A stretch of DNA of 64,000 nucleotides from Terriglobia bacterium (GCA_965206645.1 CBDBKE010000004.1:96001-160000), one strand, 5' to 3'. Shown: positions 21,582-31,421, numbered from the stretch's first letter. Notes: a model not told the origin generated them from the sequence alone. Numbers and translations: made by a program.

Positions 21582-23024
21582 ATGAGCAAGCTGAACAAGC
21601 TGAAAGATGCAGTCCTTCTGGATGCGACGGCGCAGGCGGAGCTGGTGCGGCGCCGCGAGGTCCAGCCGATCGAGCTGGTGGAAGCGGCCATCGAGAGGAT
21701 CGCGCGGCTGAACCCAACACTAAACGCAGTGGTGACGCCGATGTACGAACAGGCGCGCGCCTCCGCCCGCGCCGGGCCACCTGCGGGTCCATTCACCGGC
21801 GTGCCCTTCCTGCTGAAAGACCTGCTGGCTTCCTATGCCGGCGTGCGGATGACCTCGGGCGCGAGCGCCCTGCGAGACTTCGTTCCGGATCACGACAGCG
21901 AACTGGTGTCCCGATTGAAGCGGGCTGGCTTGGTGATCCTGGGCAAGACGAACACGTGCGAGTTTGGCCTACTGCCTACCACCGAGCCTCGCTTGTTTGG
22001 CCCAACCCGCAACCCTTGGGACACGTCGCGGACTCCGGGCGGCTCCAGCGGCGGTTCGGCGGCAGCGGTGGCAGCGGCGATGGTGTCCATGGCGCACGCC
22101 AACGATGGCGGCGGCTCCATCCGCATTCCCGCCGCCTGTTGCGGCGCCTTCGGCATGAAGCCGACCCGTGGGCGCGTTCCGCTCGGTCCGGATATTGGCG
22201 ACGTCCTGGGCGGTCTGGTCGTCGAGCATGCCATCACGCGTTCGGTTCGCGACAGCGCCGCGCTGTTGGATGCCATCTCTGGGCCCGCTGCGGGCGACCC
22301 CTACTGGGCGCCCGCAGCAGCCCGTCCCTTCCTCCAAGAGGTGCGGGCCGATCCAGGGCGGCTTCGCATTGCGTTTTCCAAGGTTGCGGTGATCGGGGGC
22401 CCGCTCCGCGAGGATGCCGTCAGCGCGTTGCAGGACGCGGCAGAATTGTGTGCCGCCCTCGGCCACGAGCTGGTCGAGGTAGCGCCGTCACTGGATGGGG
22501 AATTACTGACGAGGGCATTCCTGACCCTGTGGGCCGCCGGGTGTGCAAACACTGTTGAAGGGACGGCGCGGGTCACTGGCCGGTCACCCAGTCCGGACCA
22601 ATATGAAACGCTGACCTGGGCGCTGTATGAAATGGGACGCCGCCACAGCGCGGTTGACTACCTGTCGGCTTGGCAGGTGCTACGGCGCTTCGCCCGCGAG
22701 ATCACCGGCTTCCTGGCACCTTATGACGTTTGGCTCACCGCGGCCCTCAGCGAGGCGCCCGTGCCGCTGGGCAGCTTCGATTCCACGCCGGAGGAGCCCT
22801 TGAAGGGATTGTGGCGCGCCGTCGAGTTCGTGCCCTTCACTGCGCTCGCCAACATTACCGGACAGCCGGCCATGTCGGTTCCGCTGTTCTGGAATCGGGA
22901 GGGGCTGCCGCTGGGAGTGCAGTTCGTCGGTCGCTATGGGGACGAAGCCACGCTGTTCCGCTTGGCAGCGCAGTTGGAGCAGGCACGCCCCTGGGCGGCG
23001 CGCCTGCCCCCGGTTGCGGCCTGA
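21582..23024 (+). CDS. Amidase signature family enzyme
   Basis: [36 protein letters not shown] (Ser-cisSer-Lys triad). Confidence 0.95.
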   Translation: MSKLNKLKDAVLLDATAQAELVRRREVQPIELVEAAIERIARLNPTLNAVVTPMYEQARASARAGPPAGPFTGVPFLLKDLLASYAGVRMTSGASALRDFVPDHDSELVSRLKRAGLVILGKTNTCEFGLLPTTEPRLFGPTRNPWDTSRTPGGSSGGSAAAVAAAMVSMAHANDGGGSIRIPAACCGAFGMKPTRGRVPLGPDIGDVLGGLVVEHAITRSVRDSAALLDAISGPAAGDPYWAPAAARPFLQEVRADPGRLRIAFSKVAVIGGPLREDAVSALQDAAELCAALGHELVEVAPSLDGELLTRAFLTLWAAGCANTVEGTARVTGRSPSPDQYETLTWALYEMGRRHSAVDYLSAWQVLRRFAREITGFLAPYDVWLTAALSEAPVPLGSFDSTPEEPLKGLWRAVEFVPFTALANITGQPAMSVPLFWNREGLPLGVQFVGRYGDEATLFRLAAQLEQARPWAARLPPVAA

Positions 23025-23040
23025 CTTGGCGACGGGCCGG

Positions 23041-23943
23041 CTATTGGCCCGCAGTCTCCAGTTGGCCGGCAGCTTCCTTCATCGTGGTCTGGTAGCGATC
23101 GAAGTTGTCGGGTCGGCCATCCGTTTCCAGTTTCTGCTTAGCGATCTGCTTCTCCACTCGCTTGATCCGGTCTTTGAGCTTTGGATGGGTCCGGTTCAGC
23201 CACGATGTCTTTGGTTTTGATCGAGCGGTAACTTCCTGCAAGGTCTCCAGAAAGCTTTTCAGCCCGTCGGGCCGGTAGCCGGCGGCGTAGGCGTAGTTGA
23301 CTCCGCGGCGGTCGGCGTCGTGTTCATCCTTGGGGCTGAGCCCGCGGTCAATCAGGCGGGTCAGGATTTGCTTGGCCAGATCCTCCAGGAACTGGCTGCC
23401 TTCGGTGAATTCCGCCGCTACGTCGGAGCCCACCTTGATTGCCTTACCTCGCTGGATTTCTCGCACGATATGTTTGCCGGCCACGTGTCCCACTTCATGC
23501 CCCAGGACGCCGGCCAGCTCCGCTTCTGTCTTGAGGTTTTCCAGCAAACCGCGGGTCACGAAGATGAAGCCGCCCGGGGTAGCGAAGGCGTTCACCGCGT
23601 CGGTGTCGAGCACCTCGAAGTGGTAAGAGACGTCCTGACGCTCGCTCTGCAGGGCGACCGCCTGGCCCACCTTGCGGACGTAGGCGGCGGCCTGTTTGTT
23701 TTCGAACACCTTGAAGTAAGCGATCATTTTGGCTGCGACCTCACGGCCCATCACCACTTCCTGTTCGGTGGTGATCTCCATCTCGGACAGGGTCTTGGCC
23801 TGCTGTGCCACTTTCCCGGCTCTACCGGGGATGGGGATTTTCCCGAACTGGGCCCAGGCGGGCACTGCGGACGCGCCCAACAAGCATCCAAGCAGCGCGA
23901 TCACAGCCGTCCTTGTTTGCCGCGTCGTTGTTTGCCGCTTCAT
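23041..23943 (-). CDS. Secreted M48-family zinc metalloprotease
   Basis: Signal peptide (AWA-Q), VNAFATPGG, LAGVLGHEVGH (HExxH), EHDAD, RTHP. Confidence 0.92.
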   Translation of the reverse strand: MKRQTTTRQTRTAVIALLGCLLGASAVPAWAQFGKIPIPGRAGKVAQQAKTLSEMEITTEQEVVMGREVAAKMIAYFKVFENKQAAAYVRKVGQAVALQSERQDVSYHFEVLDTDAVNAFATPGGFIFVTRGLLENLKTEAELAGVLGHEVGHVAGKHIVREIQRGKAIKVGSDVAAEFTEGSQFLEDLAKQILTRLIDRGLSPKDEHDADRRGVNYAYAAGYRPDGLKSFLETLQEVTARSKPKTSWLNRTHPKLKDRIKRVEKQIAKQKLETDGRPDNFDRYQTTMKEAAGQLETAGQ

Positions 23944-24303
23944 GAGCTCCCTCCTTTGCTCGGTGGAGAAAGATTGCCTTCCTTGAGGAAGGCCTCCATT
24001 TCTTCCTCGCTGGGCTTGGCCGCTTCCATAGCTGCGACCCGAGAACGGGCGTCAGAGCTCACCGGCGACTTGCCGATTGCCCACGCCCTTGGCGCCGGCC
24101 GACACAGTGGCCTCCCTTTGCTCGCCTCTTCCGGTAGCTTTTGTGAATCCAGCGAACAGCCCGCCGCCTTTTTTCTCTTCCTTCTGTCCCTGTTCTTTTT
24201 TCCCCTTCTGCTGCTGGGCTAGAACGGCAGCCGTAGCGACAGCGAGACTCAGGATACAAGCCAGGACCAAGCCTGTCCTAGAGGGAAGTTTGCGCACTTG
24301 CAT
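23940..24303 (-). CDS. Small secreted hypothetical protein; apparent frameshift near 24080
   Basis: ATG 24303 with signal peptide (..AAVLA-QQQ) and TVSAGAKGV. An alternative frame continues ..AAMEAAKPSEEEMEAFLKEGNL and ends in a TGA overlapping the M48 ATG. Span is 364 nt, one base off frame. Confidence 0.65.
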
Positions 24304-26299
24304 ATGCCTCCTTCTCCTTCTGTGCCGTTCCCGCCATCCCAAGCAGCTCGTAGACGTGGATGGGCACGTCCTTGCCTTTCACATGGATGGTTCCCAGATC
24401 GCGCACCTCGACCACGTCCGCGATGCGCTGGTAGGTGGCGTCGCTGATCACGATGGAAGCCTTCAGCTCCTTGGTTACGCTCTCCAGCCGTGCCGCCAGA
24501 TTAACACTATCCCCGATAACGGTGAAGTCCATGAGCCGCTCGGAGCCGATATTCCCAAAGATCATCTCGCCGCTGTTGATGCCGACGCCGATCTTCAATT
24601 CCGGACGGCCCTGCTGTTTCCAGCGCTGGTTGAGTTGTTCCAGTGCGGCCTGCATCTGCAACGCCGTGCGCGCCGCAAGCTCGGCGTGGTTCTCCAGCCG
24701 CAGTGGCGCGCCCCAGAAGGCCATCACGCAGTCACCGACAAACTTGTCCAGCGTGCCCTGGTTGCGGAAAATGACCTCGACCATGGCGTTGAGAAACTCG
24801 TTCAGCGTGGCCACCAGCTGGTCCACCGGGATCTTTTCCGACATGGTGGTAAAGCCACGGACGTCAGAGAATAGCACGGTCAGGTCACGCTTTTCGTTGT
24901 GCAGCTCGGCCAAGCGGCGATCCGCCGTCATGGCCTCGACAATCTGCGGAGACACATATTTCATCAGGGTCGAGCGGTAGCGCTTCTTCTCACGGCCCTC
25001 GGTGACGTAGCGGGTCAGGTTGCCGGTGCCGTAGGTGATGGCCGCTGCGGCCAGCGGAGCAACCAGCACCAGCGCCATTCGCGTCGCGTGGAACAGCAGA
25101 AAGTTGAGAGCCAGGAAGCCAAGGGCCAGCCCCACCGCTGCCGCCGTGTAGGCACGCCAGTCGGTGAAGCGCCACACGGCAAGTGAAGTCCCCAGCGACA
25201 ACAGCACGATGGCCAGCATAGCCCAGGCGTCTCCCGCCGGACGGACGAAATGCCCCTGGAGCAGATTACTGATTAGTGTGGCGTGGTATTCCACTCCAGG
25301 CAGATTCGGCGAGAAGGGTGACGGGCGGAAATCGGCTAGGCTGATCGCCGTCGGCCCGATCAGTACAATCCGGTCGTTGAATTCCGACAGCGCCACCGCC
25401 GGCGTCTCCCCCTGATCGAGCGCCAGGGCAGAATTGAAAATCTGGTACACCGGGTAATGCCGAAAGGTGTTTTCGGGGCCATACCAGTACACTAGCGCCT
25501 TACCGTTCGGCTGTTCGACGGGAATTTCGAGCGTGCCGAGTCGGAGCTTCCCGGAGCGGAGCGGGCCGCCGCAGAGGAATTCTGCCCGCCGGTCGTGCAA
25601 TGGGTTCGGCGAGGAATCCAGAAATGGGGCCGCCACAGCCAGCGCGAGTGCAGGGTAATGAGCGTCCCCATAGCGGAACAATAGTGATGCCCGGCGCAAG
25701 ACGCCGTCGGCGTCTGGCCTCACGGTGATGCACCCCAGACCGCGCGCCTTCTGGTTCAACTTAGTGAGAGAAATCTCCAGTCCTGTGTACTCCATTGCCG
25801 GTCCGCAAGCCGCGTTTGCCACACTCCATTCGTTCGGCTGTAGATCGGGGTGTTTCGCTGCTTCGGTATTTTGAAGACGCGTAAAGGAGAAGGCCAATAT
25901 GGTATCGTCCCGCTCACCGAGAAATTGGGCGAATAGCTCGTCGTCACCCTCGTGAGTGTCAGCCCCGGCAAAGGTCACGTCAATGGCGATGGCCCGGGCT
26001 TGGGCCTGTCGCAAGTACCACAGTAGTTGCGGGTATAGCTTGCGGCGCCAGGGCCAGCGGCCGAAGTTTTTGAGCATCTCTGGCGACTCGAAGCTCACAT
26101 TGTCCAACGCGATGATGACCACATCCTTGCTTGCTAATTCGGGCCGGGCCAGCTGGCGGAAGCGCCAGTCGTAGGCTGTGCGCTCGAGCGGCATCAGCGC
26201 ACCCGATAGGTGAAGGACGCAAAACAGCACGGCGACAGCGCCGCCCAGCAGTGCGGCGAACGCGGTTGGATGCAGCTCCTGGAATTTCAGCCTGGCCAT
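24278..26299 (-). CDS. CHASE2-domain class III adenylate cyclase
   Basis: CHASE2 (GRWPWRR, DADGVLRR, PGVEYHA), three TMs, cyclase motifs FSDVRGFT, DKFVGD, DFTVIGDSVNLAARLE (ATP-type K/D). Start placed at ATG 26299. Confidence 0.92.
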   Translation of the reverse strand: MARLKFQELHPTAFAALLGGAVAVLFCVLHLSGALMPLERTAYDWRFRQLARPELASKDVVIIALDNVSFESPEMLKNFGRWPWRRKLYPQLLWYLRQAQARAIAIDVTFAGADTHEGDDELFAQFLGERDDTILAFSFTRLQNTEAAKHPDLQPNEWSVANAACGPAMEYTGLEISLTKLNQKARGLGCITVRPDADGVLRRASLLFRYGDAHYPALALAVAAPFLDSSPNPLHDRRAEFLCGGPLRSGKLRLGTLEIPVEQPNGKALVYWYGPENTFRHYPVYQIFNSALALDQGETPAVALSEFNDRIVLIGPTAISLADFRPSPFSPNLPGVEYHATLISNLLQGHFVRPAGDAWAMLAIVLLSLGTSLAVWRFTDWRAYTAAAVGLALGFLALNFLLFHATRMALVLVAPLAAAAITYGTGNLTRYVTEGREKKRYRSTLMKYVSPQIVEAMTADRRLAELHNEKRDLTVLFSDVRGFTTMSEKIPVDQLVATLNEFLNAMVEVIFRNQGTLDKFVGDCVMAFWGAPLRLENHAELAARTALQMQAALEQLNQRWKQQGRPELKIGVGINSGEMIFGNIGSERLMDFTVIGDSVNLAARLESVTKELKASIVISDATYQRIADVVEVRDLGTIHVKGKDVPIHVYELLGMAGTAQKEKEAYASAQTSL

Positions 26300-26458
26300 G
26301 AAGGCCCCTGCAGTGCTGTCGGAAGGAACAACGCCCTGATTGTGTGTGAGACGCCAGCGTTCGTCAAGCGGGGAGATGGAAACGCGGCGCCTGCGCAAGA
26401 AAAGAATGCATCTCTTTTGGGATTGCGCTAATCTCAGCAGAGGAAGGGAGCCTGGGCT

Positions 26459-27493
26459 ATGGGTCTGAGCTTACACGCGCAGGGCGACGCGCTGGCTTCT
26501 GCGGAGGAGCAACTGCGCGTTCTTAACGCCCCGAATGGGCTGCAGCCCTTCGAGGCGTCCCTGGCAAGCTCCGGCCTGGCCCCTCTGACCGCGACCGGAA
26601 TCACCGTCTTCCAGATCAACGTGGGCAAGCTCTGCAACCAGACCTGCAAGCACTGCCACGTGGACGCGGGTCCGGACCGGCGCGAGGTGATGACGCGCCA
26701 GACCATGGAGTGGTGCCTGGCGGCGCTGGCCCGCACCGACATTCCCACCGTGGACATCACCGGCGGCGCCCCGGAATTGAATCCTGACTTCCGCTGGTTG
26801 GTCGAGCAGGCCCGGGCGATGAGGCGCCACATCATAGACCGTTGCAACCTGACCGTGCTGCTGCTGCCCTCGCAGGAGGGTCTGGCCGAGTTCCTCGCTA
26901 ACAACGAGGTGGAGGTGATCGCCAGCCTGCCCTATTTCCTGGCCGAGCGGACCGACGCACAGCGCGGTGTGGGCGTGTTCGACAAGTCGGTGGAGGCGAT
27001 GCGCAAGCTGAACGCGCTGGGCTACGGGCGCGACCCGCGGCTGCAGTTGAACCTGGTTTACAACCCGGTGGGCGCCTACCTGCCGCCGGCTCAGCAGGCG
27101 GTGGAGGGAGACTACAAACGGGAGCTGGAGCGGCGCCACGGCGTCGTCTTCAACAACCTGTACACGATTACCAACATGCCCATCAGCCGCTTCCTGGAGT
27201 TTTTGCTGCGCACCGGCAACTACACCGGCTATATGCAGCGGCTGATCAACGCCTACAACACGGGCGCTGCCGCCGGAGTGATGTGCCGCTACACGCTTTC
27301 GGTGGGCTGGGATGGCGCCCTCTACGACTGCGACTTCAACCAGATGCTGGAGCTGCCCCTGCAGCAAGCCTACCCTCGCCACATCCGCGACTTCGATCCG
27401 GTGAAGCTGGCCGACCGCCGCATCCTCACCGGGATGCATTGCTACGGCTGCACCGCCGGCAGCGGCTCCTCCTGTGCCGGCTCCATTACCTGA
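26459..27493 (+). CDS. Radical SAM / Cys-rich DUF3641 protein (ArsS-like)
   Basis: CNQTCKHC CxxxCxxC, DITGGAPE, YDCDFNQML, HCYGCTAGSGSSC C-terminus. Confidence 0.88.
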   Translation: MGLSLHAQGDALASAEEQLRVLNAPNGLQPFEASLASSGLAPLTATGITVFQINVGKLCNQTCKHCHVDAGPDRREVMTRQTMEWCLAALARTDIPTVDITGGAPELNPDFRWLVEQARAMRRHIIDRCNLTVLLLPSQEGLAEFLANNEVEVIASLPYFLAERTDAQRGVGVFDKSVEAMRKLNALGYGRDPRLQLNLVYNPVGAYLPPAQQAVEGDYKRELERRHGVVFNNLYTITNMPISRFLEFLLRTGNYTGYMQRLINAYNTGAAAGVMCRYTLSVGWDGALYDCDFNQMLELPLQQAYPRHIRDFDPVKLADRRILTGMHCYGCTAGSGSSCAGSIT

Positions 27494-27528
27494 ATACTAC
27501 CTCTCAGTAAAACAGATACTTACGGCAA

Positions 27529-27830
27529 CTACCTGATGCCTTGGTTGAGATGCTCGGCGCGAGCGCTCGCTTGGCGCGCACTCTCCTCGCGGCCCTGCGC
27601 CCGGTATAGCTCGGCCAGCTTCAACCACGGTACTGAACAAGTCGGCTCGCGGAGCGGCGCGCAAGGCAATCGCCGACGCGGCCACGATAGCCAGAGCCGG
27701 GGCCAGCGCCGGGTAGCGGCCGGTGGCCAGCTGCCAGCCAATGTCAAGATCGCCGACAGTGCGCAGGCCCGCCAGCGCCGCATACAGCAACGCCAGCACA
27801 GAAAGCGCCAGGACCACATACCGGCGCTAC
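27529..27830 (-). pseudogene. Collapsed relic of a paralog of the 50740-53031 glycosyltransferase
   Basis: Three collinear blocks: LALLYAALAGLRTVGDLDIGWQLATGRY / LRAAPRADLFST / WLKLAELYRAQGREESARQA. They match the N-terminus, residues ~115-137 and the C-terminus of the 763 aa gene. Confidence 0.85.
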
Positions 27831-27999
27831 GTTGAGCTAGCCGGTTCTACTTTGAGCGAAAAAGATACCGGAAGGTGTCCCGCTTTTTCACCGCTGCACG
27901 GCCTACCAGGCTTCTACAACTTGTTGGGCCGAGCCCGTCAGGAAGCATGCACACGCCTGCATAGGTTTGCGCGACCCGAAGCTTAGGGGAGGCGATCTG

Positions 28000-28878
28000 C
28001 TACTGCGGTCCCTTCAACTCAAACTTCAGGTTGCGCCCTTGGTTCAGCTCCTTGGTGAAGGCCAGATCGAGTTGATCCACGGGGACGCATTTGCCGACCC
28101 CGTAGCTGTTGAGGAAGCAGAGCTGGTCGCCCGTTTTCCAGTATTCGGCGACCGAGTAGACAGAGCGGTCCTTGAAGACCAGCAAGGTTTGAGGCTGGAG
28201 GGGTTCCGGCGGGACAGGGGGCGGGCGGGTTTGGTACCTGCGACCGACCTCTCGCTCGCGCCGGTCGGGCCGCTCGCGCCGGTCGGGCGTTGGTCGGCTC
28301 GGGCCACGTTGCTCGTACGGCGCCTGCGGCGCTGGCATGTGGACCGACGGTCTCTGTGGCCCTTCCTGGATAATGATGACCGTCGGCGGCGGAGCGCCCG
28401 AAGTATAGCCCGTTACGACCGGCACGCCGACGGCGGCCACGCCGCCATAGCCGAGCCCGTAACTGTAGCCGTAGGGGGAATAGGACCCGTAGGGATAAGC
28501 ATACCCGTACGGGTAGCCGTAAATCCGGGGCCCTCGAAAGGAGCGGGGGTGAGAGGAACGAATTCTGATCGGAGAGCGGAAGTGGCGCGTGCGGAAACCG
28601 AAGCCGAACCCGCCACGGCGGATGTGACCAAAGCCCCGAAAGTGAGTGGACCCCCTCCCAACACGCCCGAAGCGAAAACCTCCGCCAATATGGCCCTGCC
28701 TGACGGCGTGGCCGCCACGGCCGTGGCCACGAAACCCGCGGCGGCCGTGAGGCGCGGCCATCAGCGCGGACGGCACGATCAGCAACACGAGCAAGCTCAG
28801 CACCAGCAGCAGGCTCAGTGGCGGCAGCTCAATCTTGGCCCGGCAAAACATCCAGCGTCCCCTGTGGCTCGAAAACAA
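28000..28878 (-). CDS. Hypothetical secreted protein with Gly/Arg/Phe-rich and Tyr/Pro-rich low-complexity regions
   Basis: Signal-like hydrophobic stretch, GRG/GFG repeats, YGYPYGY block, globular tail (LLVFKD.SVYSVAEYW..VPVDQLDLAFTKELN). Start uncertain. Confidence 0.7.
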   Translation of the reverse strand: MFSSHRGRWMFCRAKIELPPLSLLLVLSLLVLLIVPSALMAAPHGRRGFRGHGRGGHAVRQGHIGGGFRFGRVGRGSTHFRGFGHIRRGGFGFGFRTRHFRSPIRIRSSHPRSFRGPRIYGYPYGYAYPYGSYSPYGYSYGLGYGGVAAVGVPVVTGYTSGAPPPTVIIIQEGPQRPSVHMPAPQAPYEQRGPSRPTPDRRERPDRREREVGRRYQTRPPPVPPEPLQPQTLLVFKDRSVYSVAEYWKTGDQLCFLNSYGVGKCVPVDQLDLAFTKELNQGRNLKFELKGPQ

Positions 28879-28892
28879 CTACGCTCTAATTC

Positions 28893-28921
28893 AGCATAAG
28901 GCCCCCAGGCGGGAGAGTCAA
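28893..28921 (-). promoter_or_regulatory. Putative sigma70 promoter
   Basis: TTGACT-17 bp-TATGCT on the minus strand, upstream of 28878. Confidence 0.55.
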
Positions 28922-28940
28922 CGGCTGGCAAGCCAGGGGG

Positions 28941-28963
28941 GGTGGAGGAGGCGGGAGTCGAAC
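28941..28963 (-). repeat. Displaced tmRNA 3'-end copy (attR-like)
   Basis: GGTGGAGGAGGCGGGAGTCGAAC versus GGTGGAGGCGGCGGGAGTCGAAC at 31046-31068 (22/23 identical, same orientation). Confidence 0.85.
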
Positions 28964-29185
28964 TATTCCCCCTCTCTGACGGCACGTAACTTGTTGATTC
29001 TGTGAAACGGACGAAACGTAAGGCGAGGGACAAGACGGGCACAAAATCGCTGATCTGCCCCGTTCCAGCGCACCTCAGGATGCCCACACCTCTGTGATAG
29101 CCGGGCTGCAGTTACCTTCCCTAGACAGACAGTCGGCACTGTAGGCAATCGTCTGCGCGGCTACGGGTATCGCGATGAGCGGTTT

Positions 29186-30622
29186 TCAGGATTGGTACTT
29201 GATGTAGACGGTTTTCCTTTGCAAGTAGTGCTCCAAGCCATATTTACCGTCGTCGCCGCCGATCCCGCTCTGCTTCCACCCACTATGGAAGCCGTGAATC
29301 GACTCTCCGGGACCGCGGTTGATGTAAAGCTCACCACATTCCAGATCCCGCACCACGCGCATAATCCGGTTCATGTCGTTTGAAAAGAAGTAGGCTGCCA
29401 GCCCATAGCGCGAGTCATTCGCCAACTTCAATCCTTCGTCGAAGTCCGAGAACTCCATGACCGGAATCACGGGGCCGAAGACCTCCTCCTGCATGATTTT
29501 CATATCTTGACGGATGTTGGTTACGACCGTGGGCTCGTACCAGTGCCCTCGCGAAAAGGCGCCGTCGCTGAGTCGCTTTCCTCCAGTCAAAATTCGCGCG
29601 CCATTGTTTCGCGCCTCCTCCACGTAGCGCTCGACCTTCTTGAGCTCCTTGCGATTGAACTTGGGTCCGACCTTAACGTCCTTTTGGAGCGGATCGCCCA
29701 CGCTTAATTGTTTCACCTCGGCAAGGAACTTACTAAGAAACTGGTCGGCAATTTTCTTGTGCACATAGGTGCGCTCATTACAGATACAAACCTGGCCACA
29801 GTTAAAAAAGCGCGAGAAGACGGCGGTCTTGACCGCGGCATCGACGTCGGCATCCTCCATGACGATGAACGGAGCCTTGCCTCCCATTTCAAGCGAAACC
29901 ATCTTGACCGTATCGGCCGCGGTGCGCATGATCTGCTTACCCGTCGGGACGCTGCCGGTAAAAGTGACGAGTCGAGCAATGGGACTCTTCACTAGGGCTT
30001 CACCCACCGTTTCGCCAGGCCCTGTGACAACGCTAAAAACACCAACCGGGACGCCCGCCTCCTCAGCAAGTTTTGCCATTTCCAGAGCCGATAGTGGAGT
30101 CTCTTCGTGGGGCTTGAGCACAATACTGTTGCCCGCGATGAGGGCTGGAGCCACTTTCCGGGCTGTCAGCGCCGACGGGTAATTCCATGGAATGATGCCC
30201 ACCACCACACCCACGGGCTGGGACAGGACCCAAATTTGCTCGTCCGGGTTGTCTGACGGCAATATATCGCCTTCAATCCGGCGATCGAATTCCGCATAGT
30301 AGGAAATCCAACTCGCGCCGAAATCGACTTCTCCCAAGGCTTCGGATAAAGGCTTGCCCTGCTCCTGGGATACGATGCGCGCCAAGCGCTCTCTGTTCTT
30401 TAACACCAGCTCACACCATCGCTTGAGGGCCGCTCCTCTTTCGACACCCGTCCGCCTGGCCCAGCTGCGCTGCGAATGCGCGGCTCCTTCTAAAGCGTTC
30501 TGGACGTCCCTCTCTGAGGCGACCGGAACCGTCCCCACCACCTCCTCGTTGGCGGGATTGTAAACGGGCATGCTTTCGCCGCCTGAAACCCATGTCCCAT
30601 TGACCAACATTTGGTATTCCAT
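29186..30622 (-). CDS. NAD-dependent aldehyde dehydrogenase (AldA/lactaldehyde dehydrogenase-like)
   Basis: IIPWNYP, LKPHEETP, FTGSVPTG, LEMGGKAP, NCGQVC, EEVFGP. Confidence 0.93.
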   Translation of the reverse strand: MEYQMLVNGTWVSGGESMPVYNPANEEVVGTVPVASERDVQNALEGAAHSQRSWARRTGVERGAALKRWCELVLKNRERLARIVSQEQGKPLSEALGEVDFGASWISYYAEFDRRIEGDILPSDNPDEQIWVLSQPVGVVVGIIPWNYPSALTARKVAPALIAGNSIVLKPHEETPLSALEMAKLAEEAGVPVGVFSVVTGPGETVGEALVKSPIARLVTFTGSVPTGKQIMRTAADTVKMVSLEMGGKAPFIVMEDADVDAAVKTAVFSRFFNCGQVCICNERTYVHKKIADQFLSKFLAEVKQLSVGDPLQKDVKVGPKFNRKELKKVERYVEEARNNGARILTGGKRLSDGAFSRGHWYEPTVVTNIRQDMKIMQEEVFGPVIPVMEFSDFDEGLKLANDSRYGLAAYFFSNDMNRIMRVVRDLECGELYINRGPGESIHGFHSGWKQSGIGGDDGKYGLEHYLQRKTVYIKYQS

Positions 30623-30846
30623 AATCCTCCTCCCCTCGGTGGCTTTACCAAGACTCCCGGAGCCCCTAATGCCCCGGAGTTTCCAATGTGAGCTTCCCTT
30701 CGCGCAAAAGCATACGCCAGCTGCGGTGTCGACTCAATCGCAGATCTTCATGGTCTCTCCTTGCTAGCATTGAGGGCCAGCAAAGCTAGCATTGCGGATC
30801 GGCGGTCGGTTGCAGGAGAGAAAGCGAGAGTCCCGGAGCGGGCCCC

Positions 30847-30985
30847 CTAGCAGGGTGCTGAAAAACTGATTTTGTGGACCGCTTGCTGACGCGCGCGGCT
30901 CTGTATTTTTAACGCGCTTCCGAGCCACGAGCGTGAGCGAGTGGTCATGGACTTTTGTGGCGAGTTTCTGGGACGCGACACTTAG
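30847..30985. repeat. REP doublet with mismatched IS-like ends (hybrid MITE)
   Basis: Left end CTAGCAGGGTGCTGAAAAAC is shared with 36263; right end TTTCTGGGACGCGACACT is the reverse complement of the 20422 end. Confidence 0.85.
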
Positions 30986-31044
30986 GATTACTCCTCCCCT
31001 TTGGAGTCTCTGTTGTCCATTGATTGATTCTAAATGAGGAACAA

Positions 31045-31398
31045 TGGTGGAGGCGGCGGGAGTCGAACCCGCGTCCGGAAAAGCCTACCACCAGAAGCCT
31101 ACATGCTTAGTCGCGTTCGATTGGTTTCGCCAGCTCAGATTAGAACGGACAAGAATCTAAGCCGACTAGTCCGATAGAATTCGCCTGCCACCCACGGACC
31201 GAGGATGACCAGCTATCCCGCTAAAGTCGTCGCCACCTAGCGGCCTGCGGGCCGGCTACCAGGTAACGCGCCACCTTTAATTAGGCAGCGTAAGCCAATT
31301 GGTTATTGGCAGTTGTACGTTCCCAAGCGATTTCGGGTGCCTGGACCCCGGCATGCCTTCTAGCAGCAGTTCAATCCCGTCGAATCCGTGACGCCCCC
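31045..31398 (-). ncRNA. ssrA: tmRNA
   Basis: 5' GGGGGCGTCACGGATTCGACGGG; 3' GGGTTCGACTCCCGCCGCCTCCACCA; internal tag GCC AAT AAC CAA TTG GCT TAC GCT GCC TAA = ANNQLAYAA*; 354 nt. Confidence 0.97.
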
Positions 31399-31412
31399 AC
31401 GAGATCAATTTG

Positions 31413-31421
31413 ATTATAGCA
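31413..31421 (-). promoter_or_regulatory. Extended -10 promoter of ssrA
   Basis: TGCTATAAT on the minus strand just upstream of the mature 5' end. Confidence 0.6.

Larger units (their letters stand above)
28941..31068. mobile_element. Integrase-less islet integrated at the tmRNA 3' end
   Basis: Bounded by tmRNA and its duplicated 3' end. An IHF consensus AATCAACAAGTTA lies on the minus strand at 28987-28999. The cargo is visibly more A/T-rich. Confidence 0.7.
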
